DNA of 64,000 nucleotides from Octopus sinensis (GCF_006345805.1 NC_043008.1:43958001-44022000), one strand, 5' to 3'; numbered from the stretch's first letter, positions 38,815 through 53,326 are shown. Notes: a model not told the origin generated them from the sequence alone. Numbers and translations are program-made.

Positions 38815-38936
38815 GGCCTGCTCGCTTAGCCAGCGGGGTGGCGTCATTTAAAGGCTAAAACAATGCGAAACGCATTGTGACCACCAATGTGTAGCAACAT
38901 CTGATAGCCTGGCCGGTCACGGTAATCACGGTGATC
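38815..38936. repeat. Short hairpin-rich repeat flanked by (TA)n
   Basis: ACAATGCG-AAA-CGCATTGT perfect hairpin 38860-78; TTAGCC/GGCTAA and GTGACC/GGTCAC inverted pairs. Repeat status is inferred, not shown by a second full copy in the window. Confidence 0.45.
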
Positions 38937-38941
38937 TATAT

Positions 38942-38973
<32 letters not shown>

Positions 38974-38982
38974 CATTATTAC

Positions 38983-39059
38983 ATTATTTACAATGATGAT
39001 ATTTGTCCCCATCTTGTTTGTTGTTGACACAACGTTTCGGCTGATATACCCACCAGCCT

Positions 39060-39140
<81 letters not shown>

Positions 39141-39210
39141 TCACTGCTAGGAATCGAACACGCAATCTTGTGGTTAGTAGCCCGTGCTCTTGACAACTAC
39201 GCCATATGGC
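38983..39210 (-). mobile_element. tRNA-headed SINE-like element with hammerhead remnant, copy 2
   Basis: A box TGGCGTAGTTG (39204-194), B box GTTCGATTCC (39159-50), (AAT)~25, then ATGA-A-GGCTG..CAGCC-GAAACGTT-GTGTC and an AAATAATG tail. Confidence 0.75.
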
Positions 39211-39264
39211 ATATATATAAAGCACGATATGTTCGTGTTGTTTGAAAAACCGAGGTTCTATTGC

Positions 39265-39312
<48 letters not shown>

Positions 39313-39402
39313 TGTGTGTGTGTGCGTGTGTGTGTGTGTCTATATATTTATATGTATATATTTATATGTATATATATATATATGTATATATATATTTATA
39401 TG

Positions 39403-39522
<120 letters not shown>

Positions 39523-40292
39523 GACACACATACATATATACATATATATATATATATGAATGTGTGTGTGCGCGTGTGAGCATGTGTGTGTATATGTGTG
39601 TGACTATACGTCCAGACGAATTATTCCACCGTCCTCATACGTAACACATATAACGTATAGCATAATAGACAATAAGGATATATAACGACAGCTGACGATG
39701 CACAATAGACCGCTTATAGCGATCAAAAACACCATATATACTTCTAATTTCTTTTGTTCCTGATTTTCTCTGACAAATGTTAAATGGGTCGTATGTTCAT
39801 AGTTTCAAAGTGCTACATCAGTGATTCTTAAATATATTGTATACGATATATTGTTCTTAATACCTGTGACATGTCTATTAATCCAATTAACCCATATTTC
39901 TCAATAATCGTAAATACGTCTGCGATTATGGGAAATATTATATCCCTTCGTTTTGACAGATTTGATACGTCGGTATCTGCAGGCAGTGAAAAAATAAAAA
40001 AAACAAATATTATACACATGTAAAGTCTTATCCAACATGGTCGAGTGCACTTCCACATGAGCAGATCTCAGCTTCGGAGCTCGTCCCCGGAGAAAATCCT
40101 GCCCTTAAGCGTATAAAAATATAATATACATACATCATTCTTTTCTGTGTTGTTTCAATATATATGTATGAACACCGCCCAACACACACAAAAAAAAATA
40201 TATATATACATACATGTATATATATACATATACAAATATATGTATTACATGCATGCACATATATATATATTATGCATGTATATATATATATA

Positions 40293-40339
<47 letters not shown>

Positions 40340-40369
40340 CACCGTCTGCTCAAAATAAAATACAGCCTT

Positions 40370-40600
40370 CCTTCCATGAGATACCTAGCAGTTATTATTG
40401 ACCACAGCCTTCACTGGAGCGCTCACATCGATTATAAACTTGACTGTGCTTGCAAGTTTACGTGCCAGGACCCTTAGTATTTTCCAGTTCGTACAACAAG
40501 GTGACGGGTTTCCTGTTTTCTCTTCCCTTGTGAGGCCATGCCTAGAAAAACTTCGCCTTCCCCTTAGTGTTTATGCGTGACAGTGTTCAAGCTTAATCTA
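40370..40600 (+). mobile_element. Ancient LINE (CR1/L2/Jockey-like) RT C-terminal relic
   Basis: RYLAVIIDHSLHWSAHID and SSLVRPCLE match the KYLGV.iD..L.w..Hi and .lvrP.LEY patterns. Confidence 0.7.
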
Positions 40601-40978
40601 CGCTAAGCGGTTTCACTCTGTGCATGTTGGCTATGTTACCATAGCAACAGTTCAGATCCTGCTCCAAACACACGCACCCACAGCGCAACATTACTTTTCA
40701 TTATTAAGTCCTACTCTATCTAAAATGAACAAAAATGAAATCAAGGAAGAACAAATCCGATAATCTTCAAACTATATTTGGACAAAATTTCGCCAATGGA
40801 TACCAGCCTAACTAACTATACATGGTTATATCCCAGTCAATAACAGCTACCTACTCATGTCTTGAACGGGGTGTGATGCGACAAAACTACATTTGAAAAT
40901 GACTCAGTAGGCTCTACCAGATGGCGTTGTTAAGGTGCACATGGTCGGGCCAATTTTAGCTGAAACATACCTATGTTT

Positions 40979-41205
40979 TAAAGCAGCGATCTGGCACAAA
41001 CGTTAGCACCCCGGGCGAATGCGTAACCGCGTTTCGTCTGCCGTTACTTTCTGAGTTCAAATTCCGCCGTGGTCGACTTTACCTTTCATCCTTTCGGGGT
41101 CGATAAATTAAGTTACGCACTGGGGTCGATGTAATCGAAATAATCCGTTTGTCTGTCCTTGTTTTGCCCCTCTGTGTTTAGCTCCTTGTGGATAGTAAAG
41201 AAATA
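40979..41205 (+). mobile_element. Meta-type SINE with perfect 17-bp TSD
   Basis: GAAACATACCTATGTTT at 40962-78 and 41206-22. Confidence 0.92.
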
Positions 41206-42024
41206 GAAACATACCTATGTTTAAAAAAATAGATATATAGGTAGATAGGTGGATGGGTGGATGGATAGATGGTTGAATAGGTAGATAGGTAGACAGACCA
41301 ACAGATGAAGAAAGAACATCGGAATGCTGTGATTTATAAACAAGTCCGACCTATTAAATAGACGAACACCTTTGACTTTTAGCTGGGAGATACACGGCAC
41401 TCTACGCTATCCGTTACGCAAAAGAATTTCTCGAGACTTTACAGTTTTCTATGTATGCAGTTTGTAAATTACATGGAATGTATTAAATGTGAACTGGTTG
41501 TGTTTTAATTAAAATCGAAAACACTTTATAAAAACGAAATTCAAGAAACAAACCGCAAATAAAATATTCAATGTTTGAAATTTCCACTTTGGTTTCGTGT
41601 TTGTTCAGTTGATTATTCCTGCCGATATATTACTTGAAATAATCATGGAAGAATCTGTCGATGAAACCGTTGTTGTTGTTGCTGCTGCTGTTGTTGTTGT
41701 TGTTCTTGTTGTTGTTGTTCTTGATATTGCAGTTTTCATCTCTTTAATATCACATATCCATCTTTTTACTCACCTATTAGATTTAAACAAATACGCGTAT
41801 AAACACAATAATACATACATATATACATACACACACACACTCACACACACATACACACACATATATATGTATATATAAGTGTGTGTATATACATACATAT
41901 ATATATATTATATATATTATATATATATACATATATATTTATACTTATATATATATATATGCACGCACACACACGTATCCACTTTATTTCATACGTACAT
42001 ATATATGTACGTAAGTGTATGTGC

Positions 42025-42070
<46 letters not shown>

Positions 42071-42082
42071 GCACATACACAC

Positions 42083-42158
<76 letters not shown>

Positions 42159-44114
42159 CATACAAAGCTGTGTCAGAGTTGTAAATTAGTACATATTAAA
42201 AATTAAAAATAACGATTTAGCCATCGATTTTATCGATTTCCGCTTTACATTCTGCCGGCGGTTATTTTAATGTTGATTCTGAGGAAAAAGAATATTACGA
42301 AAAAAAAATATGAATATATATATTTAATTTATAGTTGAATATTAATAACGCATCAATATGAATTCACATAAGTTATAAGTCGTCCGTATATACATATTCG
42401 CATGTGAATATATGTGTACGTGCACACACACACATACGTATATATATATATATATATATATATATACGTCGATACATACATAGATGAATACATTTATACA
42501 TACACTGGTAGATATATTCTTGCTGCATCAATTAGAGACGCAGAATATGTACTGTACGTCGATATTATCCAAGTTCATGTGTATCGTGTATTTATAAGAT
42601 ACGTCCTCGAGAAATATTCTGTCAATATTCCTAAAATAATAGACTGTGCAAGATCCTTGCAGCAAGTCGGTTCTTGTCATTAGATTTAGACTTACAGTAC
42701 CACTGTTTTGTGAGTTTGCTCTGGCATAACATCTTAGAGAAGGGCCCTACTATACTTTACGTTCATTGATCCAGTTATCACTCCAGTTATCGATCGAATC
42801 ATTCGTCCATCCATCTATATGCTCAGTCGTCTATTCCTGGGAAAATCGTGTGTGAGAGAGAGAGAGGGGAGAAGAAAAAAAGGAAGAAAGAGGGAAAAGA
42901 AAGAAAGAAAGAGAGAGTCCTCTTCCGTGAACTTCTATCAGAAACAACTCACAAAACAATCTCCGATTGGATTCTCCTACCACCTCCCTCTTCGTGGAAA
43001 TCTCCTGCCAAACTGCCATGCTTGAAGCACCTGCTTTGCCATTCTTTCTTGTGATATTCTAATCCCACATCGTAGAACCGGAGGCGTGATCTCTAAATGT
43101 GGAGAGGTAGCGCCTACACACTTCGTTGAAGGCGATAACTTTAATTAACTCAAACTATAGATAATACCCTTAATTGAAAAGATGCGAACGTTATTGAACA
43201 CTTCTGAAATGCTTTGAAGGTTGACAACTCAAACCGAAAAACCAAAACAAACACCAAAAATCTTCTTGTTATAATCAATTTGCATACACGAGATCCAAGA
43301 AATGAATTCTAGCAAATTGATCACTGACAACTTCGGATAATTTTTGTTCATGTATGTATATACAAAACTTTATAGATACGTATTTCGTTTTTGGATTTGG
43401 TTTGCAAGATTCTTTATATGAGTTCGTGTGTTGAAGCGTATTCTGTTGTGTCTGGGGAGAGTCATTATCTTTTTGTGCCTTATAATATAACACACTCACC
43501 GGTAAAAGTTCCACTTTTTTTTCTTATTTTTACTTTCCTAAAATTTTCGTTGCATCTTGAAACCTTTTCAATAGGCTTAGCTCTCAATATATACATAGTT
43601 GAGTTAATTCAGGAGCAGCATATTCAATATAGTGAATGTTCTTTATACAGTTTGGTTATAGTTACATTTTGAAGAACGAGTAATGTGAGACAAATGTGGT
43701 CACTATTCCACCAAGAACATATTTCTTGAAGTTGCTATGAATGCATCACTGAGTTGATCTCCAAAATTACATATATTTGTATCATATTAAAACAAAAGTT
43801 TTCCGAAGTCTAATAAAGAGAAACTTAACCGCACACGAAGAGACAATTTTTGTGAAATGACCGCTTATATATTTCATAGCTGGTCGCTGGATTCGTAATA
43901 TTTAGCAACGATAAAAATAAATCTTAAATGTAAACTTAAGAAACTAGGCTCCCCTGTGGAACCCCCGGCACCTCTCTTTCTGTCACGCTCTTCTGCGCTA
44001 ATTATATACTGGATGAAGAATAAAGATCTCCCACATTGTGCAGGAATATAAAAAGAGAACCCCGCCAGTTTATTATGTTTCTGAAAATAAAATAAAAACA
44101 GTTTATTTTACTGG

Positions 44115-44360
44115 GTTTTAAAAACTATATTAGGCAAATGACGGCCGTTGTTGGCAATCGATTGATGCAGTCGTTCCTCGAAGTTCTTCATGATTATCTT
44201 TGTCACAGATTGATTATTGCGTTGATTTCCTCTCGAATCCTTTTTTTCAAGTGCTCAAGAGTTCGAGGATGGTGTCGGAATTTTTTTTTCCTTTCGGTAT
44301 CCCCAAAGGGAAAAGTCACAAGGGCTTAAATCTGGTGACCTTGACGGTCACCCAACGTCT
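44115..44360 (-). mobile_element. Tc1/mariner transposase C-terminal relic
   Basis: (W>stop)PSRSPDLSPCDFSLWGYRKE..HHPRTLEHLKKRIREEI..MKNFEERLHQSIANNGRHLPNIVF. Confidence 0.85.
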
Positions 44361-45309
44361 ACCCTGAAAGTATTTGAGTAATTAATGATGAACACGAAAA
44401 TGGAAGAACCTAAAAAAAAAACTTTGTCACATGTTTCTCTTCCACAATGGGTTGACAACCAGAGTTGAATTGTTTACGTTCCCATAACTTAGAATTTCGG
44501 TAAAAGAGACAGAATAAGGATCGGCCTTAGATATACGTCCTTAAATATATTAGGATAGGGGGTGGATTCTTTCGACTAAACCCCTCAAGGCCGTAGTCCA
44601 GCATGGCTGCCGTCCACAGACTGAAACATGTAAAAGTTCTGGTTCGTTGAATTCTAAACCTAATGCCCTCATAAACACTTACACCAAGCTTTTTCGGCTG
44701 CAATCGGATGCTTTTTCTTTTGATCAATATCTGTAGTGTGTTGGGATGACAAACTTGCCTGAACAACCGCCTTTCGTCTCCAAAAATGTTGGCCCGGATT
44801 GAACGTTCATCTACGGATCCTGTCAAACTTGACCGAGGCGGTGTTAATTATACTCATCAATATAAACCCGACGTGAATTGCAACTTCAAGAAAGATTGTG
44901 AATAACGTAAATACATTCCCAGATCTCTTTATCGGTGGAGGAAAACAGACGATAAGATTGTCACCTTCAGCAAACTTGCAACAATTAGAAAATATAAATT
45001 TCATCCTGAACAAGAATCGAAAGAAAATAACGAAGAAAATAAATAAATTGAGAATATTCTCAGCATCTAAGTAAACACTGTTCTAAAGAGCAGAGAAGGT
45101 TCTAGCAAGTCTATACTCTTTAGGCCATTGTTTATGTGTTTTAATTTCATCTAACTCTGATATACAGCTTTCAACAAAATCGATACAAATATACATACCG
45201 AATGCGATGTCTTTGTTAGATTGAATCACTTTTTGCATTCCTATAAATTATTATGATATTCAAGTTGATTGGGCATAAACTTAGTTCCCTTTCGCTTGTG
45301 TTACATTGG

Positions 45310-45720
45310 TTTCGAATTTTGGCACAAGGCCAGCAATTTCGCGGATGGAGTTAAGTCGATTACACCAATCCCACTGCTCAAGTGTTACACATTTTATCGA
45401 CCCTGAAAGGATGAAAGGCAAAGTCAGCCTCGGCAGCATTTGAACTCAGCACGTAAATTTGGAAAAAATGCTGCTAAGAAAGTTTTCCCCTACGGTAACC
45501 ATTCCACCAGCTCACCACTTTATTGGTTCCAAATTTCGGTACAAGGCCAGCAATTTTGTAAGAGGCGGTGAATCAATTACGTCAACCCCAATGCTCAACT
45601 GGTACTTAATTTATCTATACTGAAAGGATGAAAGGCAAATTCGCTCGTGACTGAATTTGAACTCAGAATGTAAAGACAGATAAAATACCGCTATTTATTT
45701 CGCCTGGCGTGCTAACAATG
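45310..45720 (-). mobile_element. Meta-type SINE dimer (alternative tail)
   Basis: Two head-to-tail decayed units on the minus strand. Confidence 0.8.
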
Positions 45721-45984
45721 CTGCTTTTGTAATATTAAAAAATAATAAATACAGTGTTTATGTGTATATATCGAATTAAGACAGCAAGGAAATATTCTAT
45801 ATTCTCGTAATATTCCAAATATACTATCAACCTCTAACTTCCACTCTCTGTCACTCTATCTATCTGCCTATTTTTTCTTTTTCTTTTTCACGATCCCTTT
45901 TGATCGAAAACCTACCAAAAAGAAAAGCTCTACCTTGTAATTTGTCCCGTCTGTGTTCAGTCCTGTGTGGATAATAAAGAAACA

Positions 45985-46046
<62 letters not shown>

Positions 46047-46047
46047 G

Positions 46048-46155
<108 letters not shown>

Positions 46156-47651
46156 GTCACCAGCTAACATTATGCGAATCTTCTGTTTTTAGTCTGCCTG
46201 TTTATATGTGCTTAACATTTACATGGAAATCCTGAAGTTTTCCTATGATATCATCTAAGAATGCATCAATAAAATGCTAGCGAAACAGCCAGAGTAAAGT
46301 TTGAACTCCACGTGTGTTCTTTTGTTTATGAGTGTGTCTGTGTGTGTGTCTGTGTGTGCGTGCGTGTGTGTGTATTATATAACTTCACATTCACCCATTT
46401 ACATGTTTGTACTACATCCCCATAGGCTGCCACGACACTGTACTTTGCACATTGGCACAGGTTATTATTTAGCTTTAATTAATCCTTATATTCAACGTAA
46501 TTAGATGCTAAATGAATGATATTTGTATCATGCGTGTTACGTAAATTTGTCCATGCGCTGCAGGCTTACATTTTGAATGAATTATTAACAAATTTGTTTC
46601 GACTTTAGACGAGGATTTTGCAACTGCATTCAGGTTCTCAGTAGTGTAAAGTGAATTACAATAATGAACTTAATGTCAGATGTATAATCCACCCCCACCT
46701 CCTGTAGGTAACTCACAACCAATCGAGACATTTAGAAATACATAGAGTTTCTCGAAATATATAACCAGGAGAAATATTTATTTGAATTAACTATTTAAAC
46801 AATAGTGTTTCAACGAAGTTATAAAAAAAAGACTGCTAATTATTTTATTTATTTAGATACATTTACGTTCGTATTTTAATTAGTATTATACCAAGGGGAT
46901 TAACAAATATTTGATAAGATAATCTACAGAAAAACAGAGTCTTCCCAATTTTATTCTAGAATAAGAGATCTGAGAAAACCAGAAAATCAAGGGGCAGAAT
47001 TAGTAGATAAAATGTTATCCAAATTCTAAGTATCTCCACTATTCTCTTGCTTGAAATTTTGATTATCGAGCCCCAAACTGATGAATGATAATATTGATTC
47101 CGGTTGAATTTGAACTCAGGACGCAAAGAGAATAAATAATCCAAGATATTCAATCCGACGCTTTCTCAGCTTTCTCAAGATTAAGCTAATCCGAAAACAT
47201 TTGTACAAATGTAATTTTATAACTCTCTTTTATTTTGGAGACTTTCGTTAAAACCTCACATCTGTCGCTGCTCCTTGTCGCCACTAAATTGTTTCCTGAA
47301 CTAGGAAAGGTATAGCATCACCTCTTATGATGTCACATCCTACAGTCTTTAACATCAATGATATAAAATAATACGGATTTCTGTCGTTATCTTGCAGTGT
47401 TTGTTCTCCACCTTTCGGATGAAGACAATTACTACAACGACAAAATATATTGACGCTTCTCTTGATCAAAGTCTGTCGCATTGAGAAGCAACTACCAGTC
47501 ATCTATATATTAAAAATCAAAACCTTCCTCAAGGCCACTATTGGAGTTTAACATTCCTGTCAAATTTCAAGTCAGAGCTCAGCGACTACGAACAAAATTC
47601 GCAAGCATTTTGTAGTAATATAGTTCTATATTTAAGAGATGAGGAATTATG

Positions 47652-47893
47652 TACATTATTTACATTATTTACATTCGACAGATATTTGCCTTCATCTTGT
47701 TTGTTGTTAACAAAACGTTTCGGCTGAAATTCCGTCCAGCCTTCTTCAGGTGTCTTAGAAATGAGAACCCAGGTTCGAAATTTCCCCAACACAGCTGAAG
47801 AAGGCTGGAGGGTATACCAGCTGAAACGTTGTGTTAACAACAAAAAAGATGAGGACAAATATCCGTCGAATGTAAATAACGAAAATAAAGTAC
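47652..47893. mobile_element. Inverted pair of hammerhead-bearing 3' modules
   Basis: Left arm 47652-47754 (hammerhead on minus, 47709-54); right arm with linker 47755-47893 (hammerhead on plus, 47790-47835). Same family as 5903-6180. Confidence 0.85.
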
Positions 47894-48710
47894 ATTTTGT
47901 AATAAGTTCTAATAACTCTCCTCAATCGTTACTCAAAATTGACACGACAATGCCGTAGCCAGCGAGTCGGTCTCTTAATTTAATATGTTCGGAGATAAAA
48001 TATATCAGGAACGTGCGAGTTACGTGAGCATCCTTCATCCGCCAAATATGGCAACTTTTCTTCCTAATAATGCTACATCAAGATATAATATCGTAATTTC
48101 TTTTCAGATCTAATAAACAAAGCCGGCATCAGGCTAAATTCGGGAATTCCTAATATCAAGAGATATAGCCTAACTGATATCACATATTTTCGTTCAACGC
48201 AATATCACAACTTTTGTAAACAACAAAGTTGCGGCAATATTATATATAGATTCATCTGTTTCAATATGTGGCTTCCATATATTTTTCAAGCGAATCATTA
48301 TATCATTTGTACTTTTATATCGTCGAATATTCTCTCGGTCTGGCGTGTAATTATAATCAGGTTTACGGAGCTCGTCCGCTAATCGCTTTTCGGAAAGAAT
48401 GTGTCTTCTTTATATCTACGAAGTGTTTACGCACACTCACTCTCTCTCTCACTCACACACACACACAAACATACACACACATATGGTGCTATCAAGTTAG
48501 ACATTGCCTGGGCCTATACTGGCCGAAACCTATCAAAGTTACCAAAGTTATATGTATATATATATATATATATATAAATATATATATATATTATATATAT
48601 AATATATATATGTGTGTGTGTATATATATATGTATATATATATATGTATTATATATATATATATATATTATATATATATATATGTATATATATAGTTACC
48701 AAAGTTGTAT

Positions 48711-48770
<60 letters not shown>

Positions 48771-48858
48771 GTGTATATATATATATGTGTATATATATAT
48801 GTATATATGTATATATGTATATATATGTATATTATATATATATATATGTATGTATGTA

Positions 48859-48907
<49 letters not shown>

Positions 48908-48930
48908 ATATGTATATATGTATATATATG

Positions 48931-48980
<50 letters not shown>

Positions 48981-51819
48981 ATGTATGTGTGTGTGTGCGT
49001 GTCTGCAATCTCATCCGGTTGAAGTGCAATATACATTAATATTAAAAGTACACATTACTCACCCTGCGCGCTCCTATTTTGGTAAATGCATTGGACAGTC
49101 AACATTATTATCATTAATACTGACAAACTTCTTCGTGATTTATTTTACTTTAAGTATGCTGTATTTTCCGTTCGCTATTTATACAAGACGTCTAGAAGTA
49201 ATTCTATGAACAGACAGTACATATCTTTCTTAAGTTCAATCAAATTAATTTTGCATTCATTTAAAATGAAACATTGCTTCGAGATGATGAACTCATTCTA
49301 ACACTAGTTATTTAACTGAGCAACCAGTACTGTAAATTTTGCAATTAGATGAAGATTCATGACCTTTCATATTTCATTTCCTCCGGAGATGCTAATTTTC
49401 TACACCACAGTATACCATTATTATTGCGTAACCTTTATAAACCTTTGTTTTGTGTGTTATAATTTTGTTAATTTATGTTGAGATCGAATTTTATTTGTAC
49501 AGTTTCTCTGCTCATGTCTTACTCTTTGTGCCCAGAAGACATAACTCCAGAACGTCAGAGGTAATGGTGAAGAGCTCTAAATGAACAGTGGATTATTAGC
49601 GAATGCATATTGATTAATTTCGAAGAGGAGGCGTTAGGGTTTATTGACGAAGTGTGGAAATTATATTGCTTCTAGCTTGTCCAACTGCAAATATCTCTAA
49701 TTAACTTCGCAAGCGTTGCTTTCGTATCTGCATCAGTCATCGTATGCTATACCTCAAATTTGTATATCAACTGCTGAACGGAAGTACAGTCGAAAATTAT
49801 AAGAGATGGTCATGGAGTTTTCTTTCTAACTATGAGATCCAAGGATCGAACCAAAAACATGTCATTTAGATCATTTGACAGTTTTGATGTTGCTTTTCTG
49901 TCTCTATTTGCTCTGAGCTCCATTTCAAAGTATTTTCAATTTCCTACTTCTGAACTCTGCTTGATCAATCAGTAACATCACAGAAGTAAGCCAGAACGTC
50001 AGCGTTTAGAGGCAGATATAAAAGCCACTAGCATAGATGAGCCGTAGTGGTCAGCATGTTTTATTATAGCATCGGCACGATCCATTCCGTCTTGCTAAAA
50101 CTGGGTATACGGAACGGGTTTTTCTAGTATCTCAAAGTACCAGACTTGTTACGCACAGTCACACCGATTCTATCTGATATTTTAAAGTTATAGGTGCAGT
50201 TATAAGCGCGCAGCATGTTGGTTACGGTATTTGGTTCACAGTTGCACGGCCGTGAATAATTCCCGGGAGCGCGTTCTTTCCTCGATCAAGACACTATTTC
50301 ACGTTGCTCCTGTCCACTTAGCTAGCGCCAGTCTTGTCACATTCTGTATCAGGGTGAATATCCCTAAGAACTACGCCAAGTTTACGCGTGTCTGCGGAGC
50401 GTTCAGTCACTCGCAGGTTAATTCGCAGATGCTGTTCCGTTGTTCGGAACACTCGTCGTCATAACTATTATTTTTTAAATAATATTTTTGTTGTTTTTGT
50501 AAAATCTCAGAATATAATTAAAAATTCACATTTTTTGTCAAATTATTTTGTTATATTTGTGTATCTATCCAACTGTAAACATTTTAAATATTTCACTAAC
50601 CTTTTGTTATAACCTGGCAAAAAGGACCTATTTTGCCAAAAATTGCTGAATTTGTTCCCACAGTCATTTTTATCCACAACCAGAATCGCAAAATTTCTTT
50701 TGAAAATATTTCAAACGGGTCAAAGTTGAGAATTTGACAGAGACAGGTTTGGGAAGAAAGATACAATTGCCATGGAATATTCAACCACCGACACAGCAAC
50801 TTAATGGCATACGGTTAATTTTACCGAACAATTGCAAGACTCATAATCGAAATCGGCGGAGATCCCTTTTTTCCTTTATATCAATCGTCAATACAACTGT
50901 TTAAGTTATATAGACATAATCTGGAGCTTCGTGAATTACCATGTCGACATTGACTAATATTTCATTATATGTTCGGAAGGCAAAAGTGTGGCCAGTGTTG
51001 ATACACGTCTGAAAGTAAGCTCTCTGGGGGATAGGAAATAATTGAGTAAAAGTAATGTTGCTAATATACAGTTGGAAAAATATCAGATACGAATTTAGAA
51101 GGAAACTGTGGTTGAAAGAGTGTTTTAGAGAGAGATATAGTGTTTCTCTGTCAATTGGGAGAATGAATTGAATAAAGTAATTATTAGACAGCCAAGTAAA
51201 CAATTATATTTGACCGAGTGTTCGACAGAAAGAAAAGATAAGATAGCGATCGGGTTTCGAGTGGGTAGATAAGTACACACACACACACACACACACAGAC
51301 ACACACACACAAACACAGACGGAGCACCCACATACATATATGTATATTTAAGCTGAAAGCAAGAGGTAATTGGTGGGGGTTGTAAGTATTCAACAGAGTT
51401 CAACGGACGGGAAGTTCGATGACCATTGATAATACAAACAACTTTCATCCAATCATCAACTGCCACGTTTCAGATCTGAACGTTTCTGCCTTTTATAAAT
51501 ATTGAACAGAAACAACCATGCATCTACAAGGAGCAAAAACATAGGTATGTCGTTAACATTTTAACAAAATCTAAGCAATTTCATTGTACTGGTTTTAATC
51601 TCTGTGAAAAGAATCTTGATCAGGTGACATAAAAAAACCGAGAAGACTAAATACTTGGAGGAGCATATTTCTGAGGGTAACTGTAGCGATTCTGTACAGT
51701 TAATGCACTTATTCATAAACTTATTCTTATCGCTTGCTTTACCACCAATGCCTACCTACTACACAACTTCTATATTGGACACGACTGTGTTGCAAGGATT
51801 CGGTCAGGTAGTGTGTTTT

Positions 51820-52236
51820 TATTTCTTTACTACCCACAAGGGGCTAAACATAGAGGAGACAAAGAAGGACAGACAAACGGATTAAGTGGATTATATCGAC
51901 CCCAGTGCCTAACTGGTACTTATTTAATCGACCCCGAAAGGATGAAAGGCAAAGTCGACCTCGGAGGAATTTGAACTCAGTACGTAAAGGACAGACAAAA
52001 TAACTATTTCTTTACTACCCACAAGGGGCTAAACACAGGGGACAAACAAGGACAGACAAACGGATTAAATTGATTACATCGATCCCATTGCGTAACTGGT
52101 ACTTTACTTCTCGACCCCGAAAGGATGAAAGGCAAAGTCGACCCCGGCGGAATTTGAACTCGGAGCGTAACGGCAAACGAAATACCGCTAAGCATTTCGC
52201 CAGGTGTGCTAACGATTCTGCCAGCTCGCCACCTTT
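51820..52236 (-). mobile_element. Head-to-tail Meta-type SINE dimer
   Basis: Junction AAAGAAATA|GTTATTTTGTC at 52005/52004, the same junction position as in the 7136-7718 trimer. Confidence 0.9.
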
Positions 52237-52370
52237 TTAGTCAGGTGTGTTTTTTGCCGTAAATATCACATCAAATATGACGCATCGCGCTGTTACTTCA
52301 GACGAGATTTAGTGTTCACGCCACACCACACCTTTGGCGAGGCTGATATCTTCTAACGCTTAAAAAGAAA

Positions 52371-52691
52371 GACTCCGTCGGTTACGACGACGAGGGTCCC
52401 AGCTGATACGATGAACGGAACAGCTTGCTCGTGAAATTAACGTGCAAATGGCTGAGCATTCCACAGACACGTGTACCCTTAACGTAGTTCTCGGGGATAA
52501 TCAGCGTGACACAGAGAGTGACAAGGCTGACCCTTTGAGATACAAGTACAACTCATTTTTGCCAGCTGAGTGGACTGGAGCAACGTGAAATAAAGTGTCT
52601 TGCTCAAGGACACAACGCGTCGCCGGGAATCGAACTCACAACCTTACGATCATGAGCCGAATGTCCTAACCACTAAGCCACGCGCCCTCAC
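52371..52691 (-). mobile_element. Full-length CORE-type SINE (OR2-like)
   Basis: Minus: GTGAGGGCGCGTGGCTTAGTGGTTAGG..GAGTTCGATTCCCGG..GTGTCCTTGAGCAAGACACTTT. Another full copy at 57141-57460(-); fragments at 34830-34920 and 50220-50460. Confidence 0.9.
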
Positions 52692-53079
52692 TCTTCTAAC
52701 GCTACACCCTAAAACAAAGCAGATAATATTCTGTAAAAAAAAAGATGGCCTTAGGCAGCCGATCATTGTACCAGTACACGTGTACTCAGCGTCGTTGTGT
52801 CTTCATTCCCATTTTCATGGAAAGACAAATTCTGTGCATTCAAACCTAAAATCCAATTAGTGCTTCTTACATAACGAGACGACGGTGTACGTATCATGGC
52901 TATAACGATATGAATACATCATATGCCACTTCGCAAAATTCCAATCTCGTACTTCACAAAGATATTACGTCAATGCACAACAAAAGAAAACATATTTCAC
53001 TCGGTTCCTAGTTATTGGTCTCAATCATTATGCGCAATTGTTACGTACGCGAACCACTCATACACACACACAATCACAC

Positions 53080-53115
<36 letters not shown>

Positions 53116-53266
53116 TTCGCCGTATGTATTTCGTCTGCCGCTACGTTCTGAGTTCAAATACCGCCGGGGTCGACTTTGCCTTTCATTCTTTCGGGGTCGA
53201 CATAATCGACTTAATTGTCTATCCTTGTATGTCCTCTCTGTGTTTAGCCCCTTGTGGGTAGTAAAG

Positions 53267-53326
<60 letters not shown>

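Noticed and set aside
48508-48534. GGCC-tatact-GGCC-GAAAC hammerhead-like stem II
   Set aside because: The CUGANGA core is reduced to CTG, and stem I and stem III pairing are absent; at best a dead remnant.
49640-49760. hAT dimerisation-domain-like peptide on the minus strand (TLAKLIRDICSW)
   Set aside because: Too short and interrupted, with no ERxFS motif or TIRs.
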